A stretch of DNA of 64,000 bases from an uncultured archaeon (GTDB taxonomy: Archaea > Iainarchaeota > Iainarchaeia > Iainarchaeales > 1-14-0-10-31-34): contig CAYTYC010000001.1 of the NCBI GenBank assembly GCA_964442255.1, positions 32,694 through 96,693 on the forward strand. Reading direction: 5' to 3'. Positions 39,129 through 49,050 of the stretch are shown here, in pieces. Below the pieces are notes generated by a model. It worked only from the letters and a program-made list of their open reading frames with translations, ran no database searches and had not been told where the DNA came from. The translations under genes were made by a program, and so were the position numbers. Position 1 is the stretch's first letter, and each line of letters begins with the position of its first letter.

Positions 39129-40436
39129 GTGAAAGAATTGGCAGAAAAATTTTCCTCAGTCAAAGATGCCCTGAAAAAAAGGAAGGGGCCAGTGAATCTG
39201 CGGGGCTGGGTTAAAAGAAAAAGGCAGGTTTCAGATAATTTTTTCATCCTTTTAAGGGATTCAAGCGGAGAAATTCAATGCATTTTCGGGAAAAAAAAGT
39301 TCAGTGAAAAGGAATGGAAACAGCTTTCCTCCCTGAACTTTGAGTCCTCTGTTCATTTCACGGGAAAACTGAAAGTTGACTCGCGTGCCCCGGGAGGGAT
39401 TGAATTAAGGGCGGAAAAATTCGCTGCAATTCACATTGGAGAGCCGTTCCCAATCCAGAAAGATTTGAGTGAAGAGTTTTTGCTGGATGTACGGCATTTG
39501 TGGCTTAGGAGTTCAAAGATGACCGCAATCAGCAAGGTCCGCGACTCCTTGCTCCATGCAGCCCGGCTTTGGCACAGGAAAAACAATTTTTATGAAACAA
39601 GCCCCGCAATAATTACCCCAAACGCTTGCGAAGGCGGCACAACGCTTTTTCCATTGGATTATTTCGGGGAAAAAAGGTACTTAAGCCAGAGTGCGCAAAT
39701 GTATTTGGAGGCACTGATTTTCTCAATGGAAAAGGTCTGGGCGCTTACCCCGAGCTTCAGGGCGGAAAAGCACAAGACAGCGCGCCACCTCTCAGAGTAC
39801 TGGCACCTTGAAGGGGAAATCGCCTGGGGGGACATGTTTGAAATGATGTCCCATATTGAGGAAATGGTGAAATTCATTTGCCATTTTGTCGCAAAGGAAA
39901 ACCCGAAAGAACTGGGGCTTTTGGGCAGGGACCCAAAGGATTTGCTGAAAATTAAAACCCCTTTCAGGAAAATCTCCTACGATGACACCTTAAAGGCCCT
40001 TGAAAAAGATTTCCGGAAAAACATTTCCTGGGGAGTGGATTTAACAATCAAAGAAGAAAAACTCTTAAGCCAGAAAGAAAAACAGCCTTTTTTTATCCAC
40101 ACTTACCCAACCGCAATAAAGGCTTTTTACGCAAAAGAGGACCCCAAGGACGGCAAAAAATGCTTCAGCTTTGATTTAATTGCGGCTGAAGGCTTTGGCG
40201 AACTGTGCACAGGCGGCCAAAGGGAAGACGTAAACGAAAACCTGGTGAAAAAACTCAAGAAAGACAAAATTCCTTTGAAAAACTATGAATGGTATCTTGA
40301 CCTGCGCCGTTACGGTTCTGTCCCGCACTCCGGCTACGGTTTGGGAATTGAAAGGCTTCTTCAATGGATTTGCAAACTGGATTCAATTAAGGACACAATC
40401 CCTTTCCCGCGCACAATGAACAGAAGCTACCCGTAA
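39129..40436 (+). CDS. asnS: Asparaginyl-tRNA synthetase
   Basis: RHLWLR, CEGG, LSQSAQMYLE, WYLDLRRYGSVPHSG. Confidence 0.93.
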   Translation: MKELAEKFSSVKDALKKRKGPVNLRGWVKRKRQVSDNFFILLRDSSGEIQCIFGKKKFSEKEWKQLSSLNFESSVHFTGKLKVDSRAPGGIELRAEKFAAIHIGEPFPIQKDLSEEFLLDVRHLWLRSSKMTAISKVRDSLLHAARLWHRKNNFYETSPAIITPNACEGGTTLFPLDYFGEKRYLSQSAQMYLEALIFSMEKVWALTPSFRAEKHKTARHLSEYWHLEGEIAWGDMFEMMSHIEEMVKFICHFVAKENPKELGLLGRDPKDLLKIKTPFRKISYDDTLKALEKDFRKNISWGVDLTIKEEKLLSQKEKQPFFIHTYPTAIKAFYAKEDPKDGKKCFSFDLIAAEGFGELCTGGQREDVNENLVKKLKKDKIPLKNYEWYLDLRRYGSVPHSGYGLGIERLLQWICKLDSIKDTIPFPRTMNRSYP

Positions 40437-40454
40437 AAATTTTTTTGTGGTAAG

Positions 40455-40853
40455 ATGCACACGATTTCAGTTAGAACAAACAAAAGAAACGAACTGATTG
40501 ACGTAACAGACAAAGTCCGGGAATTAATTGAAAAAGCGGGAATGAAAAACGGTGTTGCTGTTGTCGTTGTTCCCCACACAACCGCGGGAATCACAGTAAA
40601 CGAGAACGCCGACCCAAGCGTTAAAAAAGACATTGAAAACACCTTGAATAAGCTGGTTCCGGAGGGCGCGGGATACTCGCATGCAGAGGGAAACCCGGAT
40701 TCCCACATCAAGTCCTCGCTTGTCGGCCATAGTGTAATGCTTATAATTGAAAACGGAGAAGTCCAGTCCGGCGCCTGGCAGGGAATAATGTTCTGCGAGT
40801 TTGACGGCCCGAGAAACAGGGAAATCTGGCTGGAATTGCTTGAAAAGCCTTAA
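40455..40853 (+). CDS. yjbQ: YjbQ/UPF0047 protein
   Basis: HTTAGITVNENAD, SHIKS, WQGIMFCEFDGPR. Confidence 0.93.
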   Translation: MHTISVRTNKRNELIDVTDKVRELIEKAGMKNGVAVVVVPHTTAGITVNENADPSVKKDIENTLNKLVPEGAGYSHAEGNPDSHIKSSLVGHSVMLIIENGEVQSGAWQGIMFCEFDGPRNREIWLELLEKP

Positions 40854-41036
40854 TGCCGGTTTGTGCTATTCTTCGCGTTTTGTACCAAAATTCATTTATA
40901 AATGAAAAGCTGCAGTCTATATGGCGAGTTTTAAGCTCCAAGGCGCCATTCCTCCTGAAGGGAATCAATTGCTTTGTTTCACCTCGCAATTGATTACCTT
41001 TTTCTTTTTTTTGCCTGTATTCTTTTTTTGATTCAC

Positions 41037-41405
41037 ATGAAAAAAATTTTTTTGGCAGGATTGGTTTTTCTGCTTATTTTGTCCACTGTTTCAGCCGCCG
41101 CCCTCTGGGACCCTTTGCGGCCGGTAAGCGAGGCCGCGGCACAGTTTGATGCTGTAACAAAAGTTTTGGTGTTCGCTTTTTCCGCGGCAATCCTTGCGAT
41201 TGCCTTGCTTGCCTACAGGAAAACCCGTTCCAGGCGCTTTCTGCTTATTGCGTTTGCCTTCCTTTTGTTTGCCGGAAAATGGTTCCTGAAAATAATGGAC
41301 TTGTTTGTAAGCCCCGGCTTGTTCCTTCCTGACTCTTCGGAGAACGTTTTTGAGCTCGCGATTCTGGTGCTGCTGTTTGTGGCGCTTTTTTATAAGGGGA
41401 AATAG
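41037..41405 (+). CDS. Small multi-pass membrane protein
   Basis: hydrophobic segments, AYRKTRSRRFLLI. Confidence 0.7.
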   Translation: MKKIFLAGLVFLLILSTVSAAALWDPLRPVSEAAAQFDAVTKVLVFAFSAAILAIALLAYRKTRSRRFLLIAFAFLLFAGKWFLKIMDLFVSPGLFLPDSSENVFELAILVLLFVALFYKGK

Positions 41406-41410
41406 GTGCC

Positions 41411-41944
41411 TTGATGGATGAAGCCGAGCAGGCGCTGGAGTTAGGGGCAAGAAAAAAAATCTTCAGCACCATTGACTCTTCACCCGGACTGCATTTCCGT
41501 GAACTGCAGAGGAGGACGGGAATTGCGGTCGGCAGCCTCCAGTATCACCTTGATTTCCTTGAAAAAAAGCACTTAATTCGCGTGGTAAAGGACGGAAAGT
41601 TTTCCCGCTATTTTTCCATCCGCGGAAAACAGTTGGGGGAAAGCCAGAACACAATGTCTCTTTTGCGCAAGGAAAAGGTCCGCAAAATAATCCTGTTTCT
41701 CCTTGAAAAAAAGAAAGCCAACCAACTATCCATTGCAAACGCAGCCGGGCTTTCCACTTCCACCACCTCCTGGCACTTAAGCCAGCTCATGGAAAAAGGG
41801 CTGCTTTCCCGTGAACTTTCCGGAAGGGAAACCTTTTTTTCCGTGAAAGAGCCGGAAAAAGTCGCCGGATTAATTGTCAGCCACAGGAAAAGCTTTTTGG
41901 ATGAATTGGTGGACAGCTTCGTGGAAATCTGGGAAGAAATTTAG
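41411..41944 (+). CDS. Double winged-helix regulator (COG3398-like)
   Basis: PGLHFRELQR..GSLQYHL; STTSWHL. Confidence 0.85.
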   Translation: MMDEAEQALELGARKKIFSTIDSSPGLHFRELQRRTGIAVGSLQYHLDFLEKKHLIRVVKDGKFSRYFSIRGKQLGESQNTMSLLRKEKVRKIILFLLEKKKANQLSIANAAGLSTSTTSWHLSQLMEKGLLSRELSGRETFFSVKEPEKVAGLIVSHRKSFLDELVDSFVEIWEEI

Positions 41945-42052
41945 AAACCCCTTTCCGGGAATCCCGCCTGTTTCAATGGGCGGAAGAGGGGTTTTCATAA
42001 GCAGTTTACGAAAAAAAAAATTTGGCGGATTTTTAACCCGCCGCAGTTTAAT
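41940..42052. mobile_element. Dispersed element family A, copy 2
   Basis: 113 bp, near-identical to 54188-54300. Confidence 0.8.
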
Positions 42053-42106
42053 GCGCTTTTTTTCCAGGAGCAATGAATTTAAACAGGAAAGTCTTTCCTT
42101 TTAAGC

Positions 42107-43450
42107 ATGGAGCGATACATCCGCTACGGAATAATGGTTTTCGGCGTAATTGCGGCGATCATTACCTCCTTGCTTCCCCTCGGAATTGATCCGCAGGCGC
42201 AGCTTGTTCTCGCCTCAACAATTCTTGTGATGGTTTTCTGGTTTGCGGAAGTCGTTCCATTGCATGTTTCCGGATTGATTGGCGCATTTCTTTTGATTGT
42301 CTGGGCGGGCTTCACGCCCACCGAGGTTTTTGCCCCCTTTTTTGACCCCGTGCTGGTGCTGCTTTTGGGCGGCTTTGTTTTGGCTGTCGCAATGCAAAAG
42401 CACAAACTGGATGAAGTAATAACCCTCACCCTCCTTTCCCGTGTCGGCCACAGCCCCAAAAAATTTCTCCTTGTTTTGATGGCTTTAACCGCGTTTGTTT
42501 CCTTTTGGATGACCAACACGGCCTCAACAGCGGTAATTCTTCCCATTGCATTGGTTGTATTGGCGGCAAACAAGCTTGAGCCCCTTAAATCAAACTACGG
42601 GAAGGCAATCGTGTTGGGAATAGCCTATGCGGCAACAATAGGCGGGCTTGGAACCCTTATTGGCTCAACCCCGAACGCGATGGCGTTAAAGTTTCTCGGC
42701 GACCAGGGCATTCAGCTCACTTTTTTGGACTGGATGTTTTACGGCGTTCCAATCGTAATCATAATGGTTCCAGTCGCGTGGATTGTGCTGTACAAGATGT
42801 ACAGGCCTGAGATTGACTCAATTGAGGCCCACTTTGAAAGAAAGCCGCTTTCAAAAGAGCAAAAAATTATTTTCGCAATCTTTTTTGTTACTGTTGCGCT
42901 GTGGCTTACAACAGGATTCCACGGAATTTCCGCAAGCACAATTTCCCTGGTGCCGATTATTCTCCTGTACCTTTTTGGCCTGCTTAACACAAAAGATTTT
43001 TCCCGGGTGCAGTGGGCCGCGTTAATCCTTTTTGGCGCAGGGCTTTCAATAGGCACAGCAATGCACGCCTCCGGGCTGGACCAGCAAATAGCCAACCTGC
43101 TGCTTGCAATTGTTTTCGGCCAGCCGATGTTTCTCGTTCTCCTGATAATACTTTTGTTTGCAATCCTTCTCACAATTGTCGCAAGCAATACTGCGGCCGG
43201 AGCGATAATGATTCCCGTAATTTTGCCTCTTGCGCCTGTTATTGGAATCGACCCCAAAATTCTTGCAATCCTTGTTGCAGTGGGCGTGAGCCTGGACTTC
43301 ATTGTTCCGGTCGGCACCCCGCCTTCCACAATTGCCTACAGTTCCGGCTACATTAAAACAAAGGACATGGCGAAAAGCGGAATCGTGGTAGCGGCAATCG
43401 GAACACTGGTGGTTGCTTTGCTGGCTTACTTTGTGTGGGGCCTTTTCTAA
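42107..43450 (+). CDS. SLC13/DASS anion symporter
   Basis: TNTAS, IGSTPN, SNTA, GTPP motifs. Confidence 0.92.
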   Translation: MERYIRYGIMVFGVIAAIITSLLPLGIDPQAQLVLASTILVMVFWFAEVVPLHVSGLIGAFLLIVWAGFTPTEVFAPFFDPVLVLLLGGFVLAVAMQKHKLDEVITLTLLSRVGHSPKKFLLVLMALTAFVSFWMTNTASTAVILPIALVVLAANKLEPLKSNYGKAIVLGIAYAATIGGLGTLIGSTPNAMALKFLGDQGIQLTFLDWMFYGVPIVIIMVPVAWIVLYKMYRPEIDSIEAHFERKPLSKEQKIIFAIFFVTVALWLTTGFHGISASTISLVPIILLYLFGLLNTKDFSRVQWAALILFGAGLSIGTAMHASGLDQQIANLLLAIVFGQPMFLVLLIILLFAILLTIVASNTAAGAIMIPVILPLAPVIGIDPKILAILVAVGVSLDFIVPVGTPPSTIAYSSGYIKTKDMAKSGIVVAAIGTLVVALLAYFVWGLF

Positions 43451-43480
43451 ACCGCGTGCCGCCGAAAAAGTTTATTCTGC

Positions 43481-43578
43481 GTTAGGGGGTTTAATGCCTT
43501 GCCCCTGAGGGCGATTGTTTAACTGACTTTGCCAAATGAAAAATCAGATGCCCCTGCCTTCCGGCAGGGGAGCAGTCA
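43481..43578 (+). ncRNA. Structured element family B, copy 2
   Basis: GGTTTAATGC, hairpins TTGCCC/GGGCGA and CCCCTGCC/GGCAGGGG, ends GCAGTCA. Confidence 0.6.
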
Positions 43579-44346
43579 TTTTCCCCTTACAAAGCCGTCA
43601 AACGCTCCAACCGTTTTTTTGTAGTCTTCCCTTCTGAAGGCCAGCACATAGCCCAGCCCCACAAACGCCCCGAAAACGTGTATCAGCGCATCGCTCGGCG
43701 TTTTCTCTTCGCGCTGCCGTCCTTCCTCTGTTTCCGCAATCTTTTCCTTCACAACCCCGATTTGCCTATTCAAATCCTGCGCCCTGTTCAAATCCCCCTC
43801 AAGGATTGCCTTGTTCTGGTTCTCCCTTATTTCTTTTACCTCTTTCTCCATTGCCTTCCTGCTTTCCTCAAAAATTTTACCGTAAGCAACAGTTCCCAGC
43901 CCGAAAAGCAAAAGCATTGCAATGAACGCAAGCACAGTGTTCTTTGGCTTAACCATGAACGCGGCGGCAATCATTCCTGCCGTTCCGCCGCTTGCCCCAA
44001 CCAACGCGTACTGCGGAAAAACAAGGAGAAAAGCGGCTGCGGAAATAAAGCCTGAAAGAAAAAAAATTCCCACAACATGTTTTCCCTTTAGTGCGCGCTC
44101 CAGCACCAACCCAAAAACAAGGAAAGAAACCGAGTTCAATAAGAGGTGGCTTGCCCCAATGTGCACGAACATGAAAGTGAAAAGCCCTGAAGGCTGCCGT
44201 AAATAGAATTCCAGTGCCTCAATCTTTTCCAACGGAATGAAGAAACCCATGTTTGAAAGGAAAAGATATGAGAGAATGAGCGCAGAAAACAAAATAAGGG
44301 TGGCTTTTGCTTTCTTCACTTCGTCCAAAAAAATTTTTGTGTCCAC
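43576..44346 (-). CDS. Rhomboid intramembrane serine protease
   Basis: HxxxxHxxxN, GASG, HVFG. Confidence 0.88.
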   Translation of the reverse strand: MDTKIFLDEVKKAKATLILFSALILSYLFLSNMGFFIPLEKIEALEFYLRQPSGLFTFMFVHIGASHLLLNSVSFLVFGLVLERALKGKHVVGIFFLSGFISAAAFLLVFPQYALVGASGGTAGMIAAAFMVKPKNTVLAFIAMLLLFGLGTVAYGKIFEESRKAMEKEVKEIRENQNKAILEGDLNRAQDLNRQIGVVKEKIAETEEGRQREEKTPSDALIHVFGAFVGLGYVLAFRREDYKKTVGAFDGFVRGK

Positions 44347-44413
44347 ACAATCATTTTAGCTTAAAAGTTATATATAAATACTCTTTCCGGCAGTCTTTTG
44401 GTTGGGATAGCGC

Positions 44414-46360
44414 ATGAAAATTTTTTTCGCAAGCCAGTCGTTTTACCCTTACATTGGGGGGGTTTCAACTTACCTGCTTAACCTTGCAACCGGGCTGAAG
44501 GAGCGCGGCCATGAAGTTGCTGAAGTGCAGCTCCGCCCTCCCCATGAATCTGGTGAAGAGGAAATAAAGCAGGTTAATGTTTACAGGGTGCCCAAAGAGC
44601 CGCTGGACAGAAAACAGCTCAAGGGCTACAGCAAATTCAAGGAAACGATTTACGATGAAGCCCACTGCTTCGGGAAAACCTTCAGCAAAAACCCCTCCGA
44701 AATGGAGGGGTTTGAGGAATACAATGAAATAAACGATTTGATTGGTGAGCAGGTTTTTGAGCTAATGGAACAGCATCCCGCTGAAATAGTGCACGTGCAG
44801 GACTTCCAGCTCTTGTTCCTTTACCGCCACATCCCACGGGGAGTGCCCACAATCCTCACCTGGCACATCCCCTTCAGCAGGCGGATGTCAAAAAACCTGC
44901 AAAAATTTTTGGTGTCGCACATGCAGGAATACGATAAGGTTGTTTTTTCCTCCCCTGACTACATTAAGTCCGCGGTTAAGGCCGGGTTAAGGAAGGACAA
45001 AAGCGAACTCATTCACCCTATAGCCAACACAAGGCTTTTCAAAAAAATGAAAGTAAACCAGGAGGAAGTGAAGCAAAAGTTCGGGCTTCCAAAAAAATCC
45101 AAAGTCATTTTATGCGTGCAAAGAGTTGACAGAAAAAGCGGGCACAGCCAGCTGATAAAGGCAATGCCTGCAGTGCTGAAAAAAGTTTCTGACGCAAGGC
45201 TGGTTTTTGCGGGCGGAAAGTCTATGAGCTCAAAGATTTCATCCGCCAGGAGAAAATATGAGTTGCAGGTTGAAGGGCTGGTCAAGAAAAAAAACCTCGG
45301 AAAAAAGGTGGTTTTTGCGGGAAATGTCCCGTACGAAAAGCTTCCCGAATTGTACAACGCGGTTGAGGTTGTGGCGCTTGTTTCAAGGGTTGAAGGGTTC
45401 GGGTTAAGCGTAACAGAGGCAATGGCGTGCGGAAAGCCGGTTGTGGGGACAAAGGCGGGTGGAATCCCCCTGCAGGTGAAAAACGGCTTCAACGGTTTTT
45501 TGGTTCCGGTGGGAAACCACAAGGCAACCGCAAAACGCCTGGCTGAACTCCTGGAAAAAGGAAACCTGAGGAAAAAAATGGGCGAAAATTCCTTGAAAAC
45601 GGTTGAAAAAAAATTTGGCGCCCACATTGGAATAGAAAAGCACATTGCATTGTATAACTCCCTTTTAAGAAAAAAATCCGAATCATGGAACCTCAGAATG
45701 CTTGACTTCAAGGACGTTTCGGCGATTTTAATGGACTTTGACCGCACCTTAACGGACAGGCCCGGGGTTGTGAGAAAAAGCGTTCTCAACTACCTTAAAA
45801 AGGTGAAGAAGCCCAGGGTTTTGGTTACTGGAAGGAATTACCGGTACGTGCTTGGGCTGGAAAAAAAACTCCCTTTTTTTGACGCAATTGTTGCGGAAAA
45901 CGGCGCGGTAATAAGGTTTCCCGAAAAAAAGGAAACCATTTTCATTGACTCCGAGCAGATGGCCGACGCAAGAAGGAAACTCAAAAAGGCCCTTTTCAGC
46001 GTGAATGCCGGAAAAATAATTGTTTCAACCGAGGCAAAAAACTCCGGAAAAATAAAGCGGTTTCTTGGCAAAAGCTTAAAGGAATTGGCATTTAAGAAAA
46101 ACATTGACAACGTGATGGTTTCCCCAAAGGAAGCAGACAAAAAAAGGGGGGTCTTGTTTGCCTTGCAGCAACTGAACCTTGAGCCCGAAAAAACAGTCAT
46201 CTTTGGTGACGGGGAAAACGATGTTGACTTATTCAATGTTCCCGGTTTTAGGGTTGCGGTCGCAAACGCGGTCCCAAAGCTTAAGGCCCTTGCGGACCAG
46301 GTCACCTCCAAGTCCCGTTCCGCGGGGCTGATTGAGGCGCTGCAGGAACTCCAAAAATAG
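44414..46360 (+). CDS. GT4 glycosyltransferase fused to HAD-IIB phosphatase
   Basis: EGFGLSVTEAMACG; DFDRTL, VTGR, AENGA, GDGEND. Confidence 0.9.
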   Translation: MKIFFASQSFYPYIGGVSTYLLNLATGLKERGHEVAEVQLRPPHESGEEEIKQVNVYRVPKEPLDRKQLKGYSKFKETIYDEAHCFGKTFSKNPSEMEGFEEYNEINDLIGEQVFELMEQHPAEIVHVQDFQLLFLYRHIPRGVPTILTWHIPFSRRMSKNLQKFLVSHMQEYDKVVFSSPDYIKSAVKAGLRKDKSELIHPIANTRLFKKMKVNQEEVKQKFGLPKKSKVILCVQRVDRKSGHSQLIKAMPAVLKKVSDARLVFAGGKSMSSKISSARRKYELQVEGLVKKKNLGKKVVFAGNVPYEKLPELYNAVEVVALVSRVEGFGLSVTEAMACGKPVVGTKAGGIPLQVKNGFNGFLVPVGNHKATAKRLAELLEKGNLRKKMGENSLKTVEKKFGAHIGIEKHIALYNSLLRKKSESWNLRMLDFKDVSAILMDFDRTLTDRPGVVRKSVLNYLKKVKKPRVLVTGRNYRYVLGLEKKLPFFDAIVAENGAVIRFPEKKETIFIDSEQMADARRKLKKALFSVNAGKIIVSTEAKNSGKIKRFLGKSLKELAFKKNIDNVMVSPKEADKKRGVLFALQQLNLEPEKTVIFGDGENDVDLFNVPGFRVAVANAVPKLKALADQVTSKSRSAGLIEALQELQK

Positions 46361-47554
46361 TCAGCTGAAGCCGTTCAGCATTTTAAGGTAATCCAGGAGA
46401 TGCCTTGTAACCAGAAAATGTTTTTTCACGTGTTCCCTTCCGTTTGCCCCCAGCCTTTCCCGAAGCTTTTCATCTTTAAGAAGCTGAAGGGTTTTTTTCG
46501 CGCATTCCCTGTTGCTTTTCACCAAAAAACCGGTTTCCCCGTCAATCACCTGCAATGGAATGCCCCCCGCATTTGTGGCAACAACAGGGGTTCCCTTCCA
46601 CAGTGCCTCGCTTACAGTAAGGCCAAATCCTTCCCTGGTTGATTTTTGGAGGACGACGCCTGAAGCCCTTTGCAGCACGTTAACAAGAAAGCTGTTCTGT
46701 TCCGTTATGAGGTGGATGTCTTTTTTTCCGTGAGCCTTTTTAACGGTTTTTTCGTAAATCCCCTGGCTTTCAGGGTCGTCCACGGCGGTTGAGCCCATTA
46801 AAACAAGCTGGCAGTTGCATTTCTTTTTAATCATCTCATACGCTTTTATCACTCCAACAGGGTCCTTCCATTTGTCGAAGCGGGAAATCTGGGAAACAAT
46901 GGGCTTGTCCCTGTCAATGCCTTTCTTTGAAAGGTATTTTGTCACCCTTTTTTCCGTTGTTTTCCTGTTTTTGCTGCTTAAGGGGTCAATGGATGGCGTG
47001 ATTGTGGTTTGTGGAATGGATGCGTTTTGCCTGAATGAATCCATTGAAACAACCATCCTGTCGTACATTTGCACAAAATGCTTTGCGTATGCCCACATTT
47101 CTGTGTTGGGCTTTGACAGGTCCACGTGGCACCTCCAAATCCAGGGCTGCCTTTTTTTATAGAATTTTATTAAAGGCAGGGGCTGAATGTCGTGCACTAT
47201 TATGAAGTCGGAGTCGTCTATGTGCGAAATTAATGACATTGCCTCGTTGAATTCCATGTAAATTTTTTTTTTCAGCTCCGAGAGCCGTATTTTTTCCCCC
47301 TGCAGGGCGTTGTGGAATTTTTTTGTGGTGGTAAAGAATTCCGGCGAACCCTTCATCACCCTCCAGCCGCTTTGGATTCCTGCGTCGTTCATAAGGAAAA
47401 CAAAATTGGAAAGGATTTCCGCTACCCCGCCCCCGTAAAGGGTGGAGTTCACGTGCACCAAATGCTTTTCCTTGAGCGGCTCCGCCTCTTTTCTGATTTC
47501 CTGTATTGCCGTCTTTCCCGCGACCCCGGTATAGTCCCTTAATTTCCTAAGCAT
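46361..47554 (-). CDS. treT: Trehalose glycosyltransferring synthase TreT-like
   Basis: HVNST..GGGVAEIL, HNALQG, WRCHVD, SRFDKWKD, QKSTREGFGL. Confidence 0.88.
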   Translation of the reverse strand: MLRKLRDYTGVAGKTAIQEIRKEAEPLKEKHLVHVNSTLYGGGVAEILSNFVFLMNDAGIQSGWRVMKGSPEFFTTTKKFHNALQGEKIRLSELKKKIYMEFNEAMSLISHIDDSDFIIVHDIQPLPLIKFYKKRQPWIWRCHVDLSKPNTEMWAYAKHFVQMYDRMVVSMDSFRQNASIPQTTITPSIDPLSSKNRKTTEKRVTKYLSKKGIDRDKPIVSQISRFDKWKDPVGVIKAYEMIKKKCNCQLVLMGSTAVDDPESQGIYEKTVKKAHGKKDIHLITEQNSFLVNVLQRASGVVLQKSTREGFGLTVSEALWKGTPVVATNAGGIPLQVIDGETGFLVKSNRECAKKTLQLLKDEKLRERLGANGREHVKKHFLVTRHLLDYLKMLNGFS

Positions 47555-47577
47555 GCATTAAATAGGCTTTTTCTTAT

Positions 47578-48594
47578 TTAAAGGTTTTTCCCTAAAAATT
47601 TTTTTTTCCCCGCCTTCATCAGTTCGCATGCAGAGTTTTCCGGAAACTTTTCGTTTAACGCCATCCCCGTGCCTTTTTCCATTCCGCCGTAAATTTTGTG
47701 GATGTTCGGCAAAAATTCAATGTAAAAATGCACGTGCTTTTCTTTTTCATTCCATGAATGGAACACGGCATTATAGGGGAGGTCGCCGAAAAGGCCGAAG
47801 TAAGCATTCAATGTTTGCAGGTAAATGCCCGCAAGGTGCCTCAACTCTTTTTCGGTAAACTCCATCAAACACCGCTTATGCCTTTTGCTGACAACCCATG
47901 TTTCATGCGGCCAGAAGGATGCATAAGGGGCAATTACCGTGAAAGAAGGGTTTTCAAACACCTTTCTTTCGCTTTTCCTTTCCTTTTTTTCAATTTCGCA
48001 GTAAACGCATTTCCCTTCTTTGGAGTAAAATTTTTTTGCGCCTTCCTCCTCTTTCCTTGCCGCCGGCGGAACAAATGGCACGCCAACTATCTGGGAATGT
48101 TCGTGTGAAAGCGAGGCCCCGCATTCTTTTCCATGGTTTTTGAACAGCACCACGCGTTTTATTCCCTTCATTTTCCACAGTGCTTTTTCCCTTTCCCTGT
48201 AAACCTTCAGCAGTTCAAGCATTTCCTTTTGGCTTAACTCCTTCAGCAGACGGGAATGATTGTTTGTTTCCACAATTATTTCATGCAAGCCGAACGCGGG
48301 GGAATGCGAGTAAAAATTTTTTCCTTGTTCCCTGTGCTCCAATTCCTGGTCCAGTGCGCTAAACTTGTTTTCAAAAACCCTGTGCTTCCATTTTTTTCCG
48401 TCAATTACCGCCAGTTTTTCAGGGGGAGTCATTCCCTCATTCCCCAAGCAAAAGGGGCAGTTCTTTTGCCTCGCTTTTTTCCCTTTTTTCGTTTTCCAGC
48501 GCTCTTTTCTGAAGTCCGTCGGCCTGTTTGCCCGTTCCTCCGAGTAAATAACCCATTCATCCAAAAAATAGTGTTTCCTGAACTCTTTGGCCAT
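47578..48594 (-). CDS. galT: Galactose-1-phosphate uridylyltransferase
   Basis: RANRP, CPFC, NKF, GASLSHEHSQ. Confidence 0.9.
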   Translation of the reverse strand: MAKEFRKHYFLDEWVIYSEERANRPTDFRKERWKTKKGKKARQKNCPFCLGNEGMTPPEKLAVIDGKKWKHRVFENKFSALDQELEHREQGKNFYSHSPAFGLHEIIVETNNHSRLLKELSQKEMLELLKVYREREKALWKMKGIKRVVLFKNHGKECGASLSHEHSQIVGVPFVPPAARKEEEGAKKFYSKEGKCVYCEIEKKERKSERKVFENPSFTVIAPYASFWPHETWVVSKRHKRCLMEFTEKELRHLAGIYLQTLNAYFGLFGDLPYNAVFHSWNEKEKHVHFYIEFLPNIHKIYGGMEKGTGMALNEKFPENSACELMKAGKKKFLGKNL

Positions 48595-48646
48595 AACTTA
48601 ATTAGCCCCTGTGCCTTTTAAACCTTTTCAGCGCAAAATTCTTTTT

Positions 48647-48985
48647 TCATCTTGCCCTGGCTAAAGCTTTCTCTTTTCTTTCCCCTATTTTTTCCAATGC
48701 TTTTTTCATCAGCATGTTGTCCAGTTCGATTAACTCCTGCACCACAGGGTTTTCGGTGTTAAGCCTGTACATCTCGGCTTTGCCTACTTTTCTTGTGTTG
48801 GTTACGACTTTTGTCTTTTCAAGCCTTTCCCAAAAGGTTTCCAGGGTGTTCCATGAAACGTCCGCCTGCCTGCAGATGTCTTTTTTGCCGTAGTCGAATA
48901 CGTCGTTTTCAATCAAAAAGTCCAATACCCTGATTATCGGGTAGTCCCCAAAGAACTCCACGAAAAGGGATTTGTCTTCCGCCAC
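48647..48985 (-). CDS. Small winged-helix protein
   Basis: SLFVEFFGD.PIIRVLDFL, TRKVGKAEMYRLN; GTG start inferred. Confidence 0.7.
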   Translation of the reverse strand: MAEDKSLFVEFFGDYPIIRVLDFLIENDVFDYGKKDICRQADVSWNTLETFWERLEKTKVVTNTRKVGKAEMYRLNTENPVVQELIELDNMLMKKALEKIGERKEKALARAR

Positions 48986-49050
48986 TCCAATCACGTTAGA
49001 TAATAGACGATGAATTAAATTTAAATATTTTACTCTTGGTGTTTCAATTA

